The notes beneath the pieces were generated by a model. That model did not search any database and was not told the DNA's origin. It saw nothing but the letters and a program-made list of their open reading frames with translations. A stretch of 64,000 nucleotides of DNA. Origin: Octopus vulgaris (taxonomy: Eukaryota). The position numbers were made by a program, and so were the translations under genes. This document shows positions 13,365 through 25,479 of the stretch, one piece after another; position 1 is the stretch's first letter; every line of letters starts with the position of its first letter. Where the stretch lies: contig OX597826.1 in assembly GCA_951406725.2 (NCBI GenBank), positions 38,626,001-38,690,000 on the forward strand, read 5' to 3'.

Positions 13365-13860
13365 AATACCATGGACAGACAATATTTGAGCAATATCTCT
13401 TGGTGTTGATGGTGTCTTCAAAAAATATTGGTCCTACAATATGCTTTCTCAAAATTGCCATCCATACTCCAACTTTTTTGGGATGCAGAGGTTGCTCATG
13501 TGTTGCATGTGGATTCTCAGTGCTCCATAACCTTGTGTTTTGCGAATTTATGTGTCCTGACAGACGAAGCCAAGTTTCATCGGTGTAAAAGCACCCATCC
13601 AGCACTTCTATGCCTTTTTTGGCAACAAAGTTTTGGAACCAATGACAATAATGAAGTCTTTTAGCATGATCCATAGTCTTCAATTCTTGAATGGCCAGCA
13701 CTTTGTATCATCATCATCATCATCGTTTAACGTCCGCTTTCCATGCTAGCATGGGTTGGACGGTTGTATGTATAGAAATTTAATTTCTTTTTTACTGCCG
13801 TGTGAGCACTTCCTAGGTTGATTTCCATTTCCTTCTTGTCCATGATGTGTAAAGTCTGAT
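13365..13860 (-). mobile_element. Tc1/mariner-superfamily transposase fragment (DUF4817 / maT-rosa-like)
   Basis: QELKTMDHAKRLHYC.WF, YTDETWLRLSGHINSQNTRLWSTENPH, PLHPKKVGVW, VGPIFFEDTIN. Interrupted by a SINE B tail at 13709-13763 with TTGTAT duplication. Confidence 0.85.
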
Positions 13861-14694
13861 AAGAATTCATAAGTTTTATTTCAAATGGATATCTGTGAGT
13901 GTGTGTGTCATTGTGTCTGTGCTTGTCCCGCCACCACTGCTTGACAACTGGTGCTTGTGTGTTTACATCCCTGTAACTTAGTGGTTTGGAAACACAACCA
14001 ATAGAATAAGTACTAGACTTATATAAAAAAAATAAGTACTGGGGTCATTACATTCGACTAAAAATTCTTCAAGTTGATGCTCCAGCATGGCTGCAGTCTA
14101 ATGACTTGAAACTAGTAAAAGATAATAGATAAAAGATGTTTCATCATCATCATCATCGTTTAGCATCTGCTTTCCATGCTAGCATCGGTTGGACGGTTCA
14201 ACTGGGGTCTGGGAAGCCAGAAGACTGCACCAGGCCCAGTCTGATCTGGCAATGTTTCTACGGCTGGATGCCCTTCCTAACGCCAACCACTCTGTGAGTG
14301 TAGTGGGTGATTATTACGTACCACCGGCACAGGTGCCAGACGAGGCTGGCAATATAAAAATATAAGTCTTTTTTAAAAAACAGAGATGGGTGCACACATT
14401 ACACTTTGCTACAAAGGAATACACATACACCTGTATGTTGCATTAACAACACCTGAGTTTTCTAAACATCTGACGTTTTCTAACTCTTTTCAGAAACATG
14501 CAGAACATATATATGGCATATTTGTGAGTTGTGGTATGGTGGTTGAAAATATCTGGCCTGTCACATAAGGAGTTCATTGCTGAGTCACTTTGATCATAGT
14601 TCTCCTTTATCAGTGCTAACATAGAGCTCAACAACCAGCCAACCAACTGTAAAAACATCAACTACAGTAAGGAGTCGTCAGAAATCTAACTTAC

Positions 14695-14766
14695 CTTGAA
14701 ACATCTGAACATACTGGGGAAATCCTGTATAACGCAGCCATTTGCAGGCCTCTTTAGCTTCAATTT
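14695..14766 (-). CDS. DLC1/STARD13-like: DLC1-like SAM domain first exon (EIEAKEACKWLRYTGFPQYVQMFQ)
   Basis: 72 nt; acceptor ctttctatttgcag|AA, donor CAAG|gtaagt (phase 1 at both ends). Close to the DLC1/STARD13 signature IEAKEACDWLRA.GFPQYAQ. Confidence 0.95.
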
Positions 14767-15719
14767 CTGCAAATAGAAAGAAAATTGAAAATTTCTATGA
14801 GTGACAAAGGTAAAAGAAAAACAATAAAGAAATAACACAATAGTAACAAAAACTGAACAGTATAGAACAAGTCATTGAAGGAGCCTCAGTGTGGTCACTC
14901 AAGTTGCTGAGGGTACACTGAATAAAATAACCTGAGGTACACCATACTTGCAAAAACAAAAACAAAAAAAAAAAACAAAGAAAAAAGAAAAAAATTGGAC
15001 GATGGTTCCACTGCTATCATCACTGTTACCAATGCCACAGGCAGGGTGAGATATTTTGAAGATTGACAGTTGTCCATGCATGCAAGTCTCCTCTCTATGA
15101 CACTGACATTCATCCAAGGGAAAGGCTGTTAACTTGGGCCAATACAGTTTGGTATGAATATCATTACAAGCATTACTGCCAGAACACAAAAAGTCAGAAA
15201 GATACCACGAAGCATATTCTAGAATCTCTGATGATTCTGCTAACCCGCTGCTCTGAATCAGAACTCAAAGCACAGCGAGTCAGAACAAGTACTGCAAGGA
15301 ATTCTATCTAACGACTCTGCTAACTAATCAAGGCCTCACTGAGTGTTTCAGGTTCCACCTGAAAAGTAAAGTGAGGCTGGAGAGTGAGATGCTGTCACCC
15401 AGTAAATTTGTTGAAGAGTGAGGGAATGTGGAAAGAATGGCCCATGTGAGTGGGCCTACTCTAAGTGTGTGCCTGTATGGAATGAGGAGGAGAGGAGTTC
15501 CTACCAGAGGTGCCTTTGGTGTTAGGGGGTCCAAAAGTGTGTGAGGTTCCTTTGGTCACCTCTTGGTGGAACTCCCCCTTATTGGGGAAGTGCATTGCTG
15601 CTTTAATCTCCTTCTTAATTGTTGTGTTTTTTTTTTGCTGTTCACACATTTAACCCCACTGTCCCTTGTCTGTATATCGTCCTTTATGATTTGTGTTCAG
15701 CTTTGGTGGCCAATAACAA

Positions 15720-15756
<37 letters not shown>

Positions 15757-15759
15757 ATA

Positions 15760-16252
15760 TGTTTGACTTTTGCTTTACATTTGTAAAAGTTGGCTCCAAG
15801 TCTCACTCAGAGACCTCAAGAGACAACAAGTTAGAAGTTCATGTTGGTGTTATACCTAGGTGACATATATTTGCTTTTGCACATAGAATTGTCCTAGAGA
15901 ATGTTTAAGAAAACATAAGAAAATTATGAGTTTGTTTTAAAATTTGAGATTACATAGTATTTTATGTAGGATATGGGCAGTTCCCATGAGCACTATCTTT
16001 TGAATTTCTGCCATTTTGGGGTTTCCTGGTATCTGAGTTAGGTAGCAATCAGCCCCCTTTTGCTATCATTCCCAGAGCACCTATGACAACAGGTATTGTT
16101 TTAGTCTTCAGGTTCCACATTTTGCTGATTTCTATTTCAAGATTTTTATACTCGCTCAGTTTTTGGTAGGTCTTAACAGATACATTTATGTTGATTGGGA
16201 TAGTCACATCAATGAGGAGGCATGGTTTTTATCTGAAGTCTTTCAGTATAAT
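15760..16252 (-). mobile_element. 3' end of R4/Dong-like LINE (REL endonuclease, UTR, TAA tail)
   Basis: CLLIDVTIP, KLSEYKNLEIEISKMWNLKTKTIPVVIGALGMI, EIQKIVLMGTAHILHK; (TAA)n tail at 15724-15758. Confidence 0.85.
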
Positions 16253-16301
16253 GTATTTATTATTATTATTATTATTATTATTAATAATAATAATAATAAT
16301 C

Positions 16302-16601
16302 GATAAAGGATTGAGGTAGCTCCTCCTGAAGATATAGAGTCAAAATTAAAGGAAGAGGAGAAATTTATTTTTTGAATCAGTTGAAGACATACAAGATGTC
16401 GAAACATCGTTCATTAGATAACAATGGCACTCTTCTTTTAATTTTGACTCTATATCTTCAGGAGGAGTTACCTCAATCCTTTATCTATTGACCAAAATGA
16501 AGTAGATTGACAAATTTATTTTTTGAACCGGTTGAAGACACACAAGATATTGAAAAATCGTTCACTAGATAACAATGACACTCTTCTTTTAATGTTGACT
16601 C
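16302..16601. repeat. 56-bp inverted repeat plus 90-bp direct duplication carrying hammerhead-like motifs
   Basis: IR 16302-16357 / 16430-16485 (near perfect); direct repeat 16361-16450 / 16512-16601. Confidence 0.85.
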
Positions 16602-16624
16602 ATTATTATTATTATTATTATTAT

Positions 16625-16671
<47 letters not shown>

Positions 16672-17199
16672 TTATTATTATTTGTGTTGGACATATATCA
16701 CATTAGCACCCAAAGGTTTGTTGAATTTTGTCAAAAAATAATTTGTTTACACTTGTTAATTTTTATTAAAAGTTTAGATAAGGTCCCCTACTTCACTCAA
16801 TAAACTAAAGAACCAGATTCAATGAGATGATAGCAAGAAAATTTCATACAATCATCAGTTACATAAGAGAGCAAATGTTTGAGAACAATGAAACAATGAT
16901 AATTGTTACAGCAATGTTTTTAACAACACAAGTGACAACAACAGTAGCAACAGTAAAAGTATTAAGAACAGCAACATAAATAATAGGGGCAACTCCACAG
17001 ATAGGCAATCTTTTGCTGGAATGGCAATGAAATTAACACAGTATTCTTGGCCCCCGAAACGGTGCACATTCTCTCCTGATGACCCCATAGACTTGCTGGC
17101 TTCCAGTATATGGAGCTTTTGACTGGTAGCACTTGTATGTGCAAGTTGTTTGTAAGACATCTTTGCTCTCTCTAAACAACAAGGAATTATACTTGACAC

Positions 17200-19660
17200 A
17201 AATGAAACAACTCATGAAGAGGAATAGCAGGATGGCACAAGTTGCCATCCCAATTGAGGTTTTGGCAGCAACTGCACAGAAGACAGTGGTGCATTGCTGT
17301 GTGTTGACTAAAACCCAATGCCTAGAAGCAATGACACATGTCCAGGTGGGAAAAGCCCTGAAAGAAATATTGACAGGTGTAAATCATGTGACCAGGGCAT
17401 AACAGCTTGGAAGTGTAGAGGTCTTCTTCAAGAGTGAAGCCCTAATTCTGAAGCACTCCATAGCTTCCATATGTAACAGGGAACTCACTCTCTAGCCAGT
17501 GTATTTAGTGAGAACCTGTTGTGCTAAAATAGAGAGTTCTGTTTAAGTTGGACATCTGGTGGTTGTTAGCCTGTGTTACTTTGGAAGGTAATGGCATCCT
17601 CCTCAACATCAAGTAAATGGAGAAGGAGTTTTGATCTGGGAACACAGTCAAGATACACCTCTAGATCAAACTGGTGAAGATGGAGAAGATGCCAGATCTT
17701 ACACACCTGCCAAATGGACTGGAGTTCATGTTGCAGTTGGAAGAAGGCCAAGATACCACTTATGCTATACAGAAGGCCACTTCAGAGCTTTCTTTTTTCA
17801 ACATAAATAATAGAGGAGAGGCCTTCAACTACTGCTAACACCACAGCCTCAACAACAACAATGTACTGCAGTAACATTAATAATGGAATGGATGGAAGCA
17901 CTCCGTCGGTTACGACGATGAGGGTTCCGGTTGATCCGATCAACGGAACAGCCTGCTCGTGAAATTAACGTGTAAGTGGCTGAGCACTCCACAGACACGT
18001 GTACCCTTAACGTAGTTCTCGGGGATATTCAGCGTGACACAGAGAGTGACAAGGCCGGCCCTTTGAAATACAGGTACAACAGAAATAGGAAGTAAGAGTG
18101 AGAGAAAGTTGTGGTGAAAGAGTACAGCAGGGATCACCACCATCCCTGCCAGAGCCTCATGGAGCTTTAGGTGTTTTCGCTCAATAAACACTCACAACGC
18201 CCGGTCTGGGAATCGAAACCGCGATCCCATGACCACGAGTCCGCTGCCCTAACCACTGGGCCATTGCGCCTCCACAACATTAATAATAATGAAGGGAAGA
18301 AGAACAATAGCAACAGTAACAACAGCAATAATGACATCTGGAATAAAAGAACCTAAACCCAGCACCAAGAAAATTCTCCAACCTAACTCCCTCTCTCCCC
18401 TTTTATTTAAACACACTCATGGGCACACACTGAAAACATACCTCCAACTGTTCCTGCACCAATATAGATATATTATCTTGTGAGGAAGAGGGACAACTGA
18501 GTAAATCAGATAAAGAACCACACAACCATGACAGCATCAATGAAACCATATCAAAACCAAACACAGACAAATCTACAAGTCCACCACCAAAACCCACTTC
18601 AACAAGAAAACACACACTGAGGAACAGACTAGTAAATAGAGAGACAAACCAACACAATGACAAAATGCACCCACCCCAAACTTTGTGCTGATAAGAAGCA
18701 CTAATAAAAAAAACTGATGTCCTTTGTCACAAGAAAAAGGAAAAGATTGAAACATAGGGAAAGGTCTTCAAGTTCAGCATTATTGACAATGCTGAACATG
18801 GCGATATACAAGACATTAAAGGACAATTTCCCTAACAAAATGGGAAGCCCAAGTGCAAGAGAGGAGAGTAGACTCCTAAAGTACTACCCAAAAGAATGTC
18901 AAAATTTCATAGAGACTCCAAGAAAGGAATCAGCTACTTACCTAGTTGGTAGTCTCCAGGATCATCAGTAGGATAAATAACTGTTTCCTTTTCTTCTCTT
19001 TATCGTTTAACCGAAATGGTGGTTTTGAGAGTGGTGTATATAAATGCATGTAGTCTGGAGTCACCCTGGAAACAAGGTGGCCTGCTCAGTGACCACAGAT
19101 AGCTAAATCTGGATGTGATAGCCATCAGAGAGACCAGGAATCCTGACAGACTCAGATTAGCAAACCGTTATTGACAATTTTCAGATCTTTGTATCTCTTA
19201 CTCAGCTGAGAATGGGGTGTCAGGGTGGCAGTGTTGTTTTGGAAATGCCAGAGCCTTGAGATACGGTCAATCTTCTTAGATCTGGAGTGTAAGTTGGTGG
19301 TACTAGACATGAACAATAGCAAAGGTGGTATTTTAAACTAGTTGACTTGTATACCCAGACTGGGTTAAACAGCTGGATTTCTTTAGGTGTCTGGAGCATT
19401 TCCTTAGAATGTCACATTCTTTAGTGATAGTGGGTGATTTGAATGCCACCTTAGATGCATGTCTAAATTATATGGGTCTAGCTGATAGAAGAATGGGGTG
19501 GGTGGGGGCATAGAAGCCACACAAACTAGTCCAGTTGTTTCCAACTGGCTGGACACGGGCAAACAGCATTGGATTATCCAGATTGCATCTAGACATAGTA
19601 TTCTGTAGGCCAGCAAATAGCATTGGTAGTTCACAATTCAAAGTGATTGGCTACACAGAT
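17200..19660 (+). mobile_element. Old L1/Tx1-like LINE remnant (ORF1-like region plus APE endonuclease), interrupted by SINE D
   Basis: 19030-19640 reads GCINACSL..., LNLDVIAIRET and IVGDLNATLD (APE motifs). The ORF1 assignment is tentative. Confidence 0.55.
17882..18273 (-). mobile_element. tRNA-derived SINE family D, young CpG-rich copy
   Basis: Minus-strand head GGAGGCGCAATGGCCCAGTGGTTAGGGCAGCGG...GGTTTCGATTCCC (boxes A and B), (TTCCA)n tail. Partial + copy at 33331-33500; related copy at about 2630-2830(-). Confidence 0.82.
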
Positions 19661-20569
19661 AACAGATTTGACTCTTGATATATTTCAACACTAAGCACAA
19701 ACATGCAGTGTTAGAGTTTCATTGGCTCTCCCAATTTATTATTCACCTAGAAGACTGACTGTTTTGTTTATTTATTTATCATTTGAGTGAACAGTCATTA
19801 GAGCATTGGGAAAAAAATGCCTAACTGTGGTTGTTTGACTCTTTCAGAGTTCAAATCCCACTAAGGTTAATGTTGTCTTTCACCCTTTCAAGGTCAATAA
19901 AATAAGTACCAGTTAAGCAATGAGGGTTAATGTAAATGACTTACACCCTCCCCATAATTGCTGGCCTTGTGCCAAAATTTGAAATCATCATCATCATTAT
20001 CATTATTATCATCATTATCATTACTATTATTATTGAGTGAGAGAGCAGTGCATGCCATCAAAGTGACACTAGGGTAAAATATATGAAGCCCAGTATACCC
20101 ATCATGACTACCTGTCTGATAAGGAAACACCAGGCACATGCATTACAACCATATGTGCGCGACATAGTGACCTCATATCACGATAAACAACACATAACCT
20201 TGCAGGTGAGCCCAGTTAGAAATTTTTTCAGGTTGAGTAGCCCACACCGCTCAAAAGGTTCCTGAATAGGGGTTGCTTAAGGACAATGGACAAAACACCT
20301 ATGTTTCCAAAGGTGAATTATTCAAACCCCAAAGAATTCCTCTCAACACATGGTTATGATGCTCCCCCACTACTTCTGCTTGTAATCAGAGATGCACATA
20401 TCATCAGCCAATAAGGGACATGCTCAACTGGTTAAAGCCAAGTCACTAACAAGCAAATCTGTGGTATTGAGCGGAATATGTACTGTAGTCCATTTTTTAT
20501 ACCAAGACAAAACAATGTACATGATAACACTTCCAATCAGTTAAGATGGTACTGCATCAGGGGGTTTAC

Positions 20570-20603
<34 letters not shown>

Positions 20604-22012
20604 CTTAACAGTCGGAAGATTAGTATTAAGATGGTAGCAGGATACACCACTCCCACCCCTACTCCTTATACAAACTGAAAGGGACCCCACTACTGAACAA
20701 AAAATAATGCAAAAAACTGCTGCTAGAAAAAAAAAATTGAATTCTTCAGAAAAAAATTTATACATAACAGTCCCTCTCTCCTTTTCTTTCCTTTCATGCA
20801 CACACACACTGTCAAATATGGTATTTTAAAGTTTCCAATTAAATTATTTAGATAAGTGGGTCAGTAAGGGATCTAGTTACACAAGTGCTGGGTGGAGTTC
20901 TGTCATTTAGTTCCAAGTCACTTCTGATAGAGCAAAAATATGACAAAAAAAAAAAAGGCATTCAAGCTATTAATATCCCAGGGTATTTCAGATTACATCA
21001 ACTTAGTTTTAAAGTAGAGGAGTGTGATATGAGAGGGATTTTTAGTAGGTTGAGTGATGATTTAGAGGCTTTTTGTAAGGCAGTAAATTGGCAAGAGTTT
21101 GCCAGAATTATCATCAATTCTAACAATGCTTTGTGGTATTTGTTCTGGTCTTTGTTATTTCTCTGAAACCAATCCTGGTGCTGCCTACTTGAATGGCCAA
21201 ATATGCCAGCTGCAGAGTCATACAGTCTCTTTTAGATGAGTCCAGTTGTTCTCTGTGTCATCACCATTAAAGAATGTTTTGCTTAGTCTTTCAAAAATGG
21301 CTTCATAAAAGAATTATTTTCAAATGCTGATCATTTGAAATTCTTCATCCTCATCTCTCTTGGTGGTGGCATATTCTGCTACTAAATTTTAATGAACAAT
21401 GAGTCTATGATGAGTGCTGCAGTCAGCTCCACACATAAATCTGGCTAATCACACATCATTGTGATTGTCGGTTCTCACAATTATCTGGTCCAGAATAAGC
21501 CAGTGATTGGAATAAGGATGCACCCAAGACATCTTGCATCTTAGTGGTGGAAGCTTGTGTTGGTTATGAATTAGTAAGCACTACTAATAGCAAGTTATCT
21601 GCTGCATGGTTGAGTCATCAATAACAGAACTTGGAATCCCACCAAGTTTACTCGATGAGGATGGTAATTTTAGACATTATGCAGGATAATGAAAAGAGCA
21701 AAGGGAAGATGATCTGGTGGGTGGGAGAGTCCAATAGTATGCACAGATGCACATTAAATATGTATGTGTGGAGGAAGGTGGGGGGTGGGGTTGTAGTATG
21801 TTTTCATTTATTCATATGAAGCAAGGAAGAAATAAGTAACCTTCATCTTAACTTCAAAGTTGGCAGCAGCAGGCCAATAGTAACAACTGGTGCAGATGAT
21901 AACATACTGTCAAGCTAAGCTAGAAGCCATAATACAGAGCAAACATCTAGTGTATTTTTTTTTATGGTCTGGACTTACACCAAATCAGATAGTGCTGCAA
22001 GTTCATTATCAG

Positions 22013-22221
22013 TACAGCAATCTCTCGACTATCATAGGTGTTATGTTCCAAAACCCCTCATAACAGGTGAAAATCCACAAAGTAGAAATAGTATTGTACT
22101 GTATATTTTTTTATTATTATTTTTATAATTTGTATATATTTATTTCATTATAAATGCAAAAATACACCAAGGAGGAATCGACGTAAGCTTAAATAAATCG
22201 CAATAGGCGAGGGACTTACTG
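22013..22221. mobile_element. Tigger/pogo-like MITE
   Basis: TA-CAGCAATCTCTCG ... CGAGGGACTTACTG termini. Confidence 0.6.
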
Positions 22222-22439
22222 AACTGTAAAAGCTGAAGTACTGCATCAACCAGACCCAGGGCTGCCCCTATGGTTGCTGGTGTCCCAGTCAAGCTGAACA
22301 TCGGTGTGTACAAGCTGACGGTCATGGAAATTTCCTTGTATTTGTCACACCCACCTTGGTACCCCCTGGCACATGGTGCCTCGGTCAAATGGTTCAGCAT
22401 TTTTAAAAATCAGTCTTGATAAGCAATCAGTGTGTCCTA

Positions 22440-23150
22440 ATTTCTAAGATAGTATATACTCTATCTTAAAATCATAGTTAAATAATATAGTACCGCAGCA
22501 TTACAACCTATTAGCAGTATGGGTAGGGATTCCTTTCTTTGACCCATTTATAGATAATAATGGACAATGATCAATCTGTAGTCAAAAACTTCTACAATGT
22601 AAAAATCCGAGAAACTTTTTTAAGGCAAAAATAAACACTAGAGCCTCTTTTTCAATTTGGTTGTAATTTTTCTCTGCTGATATCAGAAAATGTGAGGCAT
22701 GAACCACTGCCTTCATGTTACCGTCTTTATATTTATGTAACATTACTGCTCCAATACTGTATTCAGATGTATCTGAAACTACAACAATCTCCGCTGCAGG
22801 ATCAAAGTGTGCTAATGACAAATTAGATGTTAATATCTTTAAAAATTTTGTTGAACACCTGATACAATTTTCAGACCAATTGTGCTGTACATCTTTTTTT
22901 AATAGATTATTTAATGGAACCCTTACCTCATGCATATTTCGAATATAATTTTGGTAATAATTTGCAAGACCCAAAAAAAGCTTGTATGGTTGCTATATTT
23001 GTCAGAGGGGGTATTTCTAATTGTGTCTGCCCTCGAAAGATCTGGTCAACATCCATTTCTGTCAATGGTTTGTCTTATTTTTGGTAAGAATAATTCACAC
23101 ATTTCTTCACTCAAAGTAAAGCCATAATCCCTAATTTTTTCAAATACCAT
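22440..23150 (-). mobile_element. Ty3/Gypsy pol remnant (RT thumb plus RNase H)
   Basis: FLGLANYY, PLNNLLKKD..W, LAHFDP..EIVVVSDTSEYSIGAV, AEKNYNQIEKEAL, GSKKGIPTHTANRL. Confidence 0.9.
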
Positions 23151-23676
23151 AAAAACCCATGTAACTTGCGCACCTGTGGAATTTACGCAGGTGATTTTCA
23201 GGATAAAATTTGTTAAAAGAAGCTTCTGCTCATGTAAAATTCGCACCCAAAAGTTTTCAGAATTGCCAATATAGCCAAGGGAAAAAGGTTTCCAATTTTG
23301 TTATATTTAGCATAATTTCACTTACTTATGGTTAGATTTTACTAAATTTTCATTAAATAAAAATAATTTCTATTTAACAGGTAACACATTGAAAGCTATT
23401 AAATTATAAAGTGTTTATGTTGTTTATTATAAACTTTATTTTACATTTCTTGCACACAAAAGATTATGTCTGATCTTTTGCATACTGCTGAATGTCTTCT
23501 CAAATTACGATCACTGGAAAAGTTGTTGATAAGATACCAACTGCAAATTAAGTTTAATTACCAATAAACATCAGCTTGGATGACACTTTACTCAACTGAC
23601 AGAGGAAGGTGACCGATCAAACTGATAGAGGACAAAGGTAAAGAATACGCACACCACCTGTTTCCAGCATAACCCT

Positions 23677-23812
23677 TGTTGTAATGATATGAATCTAAAT
23701 GTACTTAGTTTCACATTGTTAAATATGCTGCCATAGATAAAAGGTGGCCAGCTCAGTGGCTGCCGGAGCTACTGTTGAATTAGACAACCAACCGTAACCC
23801 TGCATTACAACA
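23677..23812. mobile_element. Short LTR / solo-LTR candidate
   Basis: Perfect 10-bp terminal IR TGTTGTAATG...CATTACAACA; PBS-like TGGTGGCAGCAG at 23837; no TSD found. Confidence 0.45.
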
Positions 23813-24152
23813 GTGTATTGCCTGCATGACATAATATGGTGGCAGCAGTAAAACAAGATGAATATATCAAATCAAAACTAATCACATCACCAGCACATTC
23901 AGAAAAATCACATCATTATCATTCGACATTGCTCAATGCTACTAATGTACCAGTATCGTCAGTGAATGCGACAAAACACAAAACTAAAGAACAAGAAGGA
24001 AATGGATACACAGTAACAAACTGCAATAATATACATACACACACAAACTACAATGGACTACACATGTTTAGCTGGAGGCATGGCTACAAATTTATATACA
24101 AGATTATTGTTATCATCTTAGAGCGAGTTATAAACAGTAGCTGTAACACATC

Positions 24153-24444
24153 GTGATGTATATTTGCCATTTAAATATGGCTAACCCCTAAGGGTGGATG
24201 CTGCTGTAGTTTGTAGCCCCAGGAGGACACCTCCTCCAGCTGGCTTTAGATACACTTTCTGTGCCCTGTCAGTGTTTGCAAAGGGAAGCCATCCTTCCCA
24301 TCTTCAACTTATGATACACACAGACTCGAGTTTCTGGGTATTGACCCTTCATTGGCGTGTGACAATCACAGTTGTTGATGAAAACTACTACAGTAGCATC
24401 CACCCTTAGGGGTTAGCTATATTTAAATGGCAAATATATGTCAC
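24153..24444. mobile_element. 292-bp foldback element with about 60-bp IR arms and an internal hammerhead motif
   Basis: Arms 24153-24212 / 24382-24444; hammerhead-like motif at 24318-24360(-). Confidence 0.75.
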
Positions 24445-24539
24445 ATTATTGTTATCATTTCAGCTATATAATGTGTCTTGTGCCACGTAAAATGACCAAA
24501 TTATACGGTGTTGTATTGCTCAAGAAAAACAACAACAAT

Positions 24540-24990
24540 ATGCCAACAATCTTGCATTCCTGAAATGCAGTGGCACACAGACAATGCAGCTGAAGCCCTG
24601 CAAATATTAAAGCAAAACATCATGTACTATTGTGATGATGGGGAAACTACAGAACCAAGGAAAACAGCACTAAAAATATTAAGAAGCATTGGAAATGAAG
24701 GACTCAAACATCTGAATGCATCTAGCTTATCAGAAGCTGACAAGAAAAATCCAAATAAACTGTGGGAATTGTTTGAAGCACAAGTCAAGACAAACATCAA
24801 TTTCAGAGGATATCACCATTACACTGATGGAATGTAGACAGCAGCATGATGAGACAATTGATGACTTTGTTACAAAGAGCTTGGACAATAGCAAAAAAAA
24901 TGTAAGTTTAAAGAGAGAGAGCTTGAACAATGGATCATTGAATTATTGATTGGATCAACTCCCACTGAAGCCTTCCAAAAAGAGCTACTG
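24540..24990 (+). mobile_element. Gypsy gag remnant
   Basis: ILRSIGNEGLK, KLWELFEAQVK..INFR, RQQHDETIDDFVT, IIELLIGS...FQKELL. Confidence 0.7.
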
Positions 24991-25271
24991 TGACATAGTG
25001 TATGGCATCCATGTATGTGTGTGCATGTATATCTGTGAATACAATTGTGGTAAATGATTTGGGTATATGATAGAAGGGAATGGTCAGGAAGAATGAGCAG
25101 TGTGTGTGTGTGTGTGTATGCAAGCATGTTTGTGGATACTAAAGTAGGAAAAAAGGATGATCTGCATAGTTCAGGTGTGTGTGTGTATGTGCCTGTTTGT
25201 ATGTGCATATGTGAGTGTGTTTATATATATATATACACATATGCACACACATATATATATCTTCATATGTG

Positions 25272-25321
<50 letters not shown>

Positions 25322-25479
25322 CATCCACTTGCAACATATGTGCATGCATAGAAAATACTATCAGTATGCTAGGGTTGTTTAGTGGAGTTCACTTGCATAC
25401 AAAAGTAGTTAACTGAATGTTAGTCTGTGTGCACATGTGGTGAGTATTTAGGTATGTGTTTGAGTGTGTGTATAGTGTG

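Noticed and set aside
18200-18273. tRNA-like sequence (also 3584-3660 and 52341-52430)
   Set aside because: These are SINE heads: no closed acceptor stem, and each continues into a multi-copy body.
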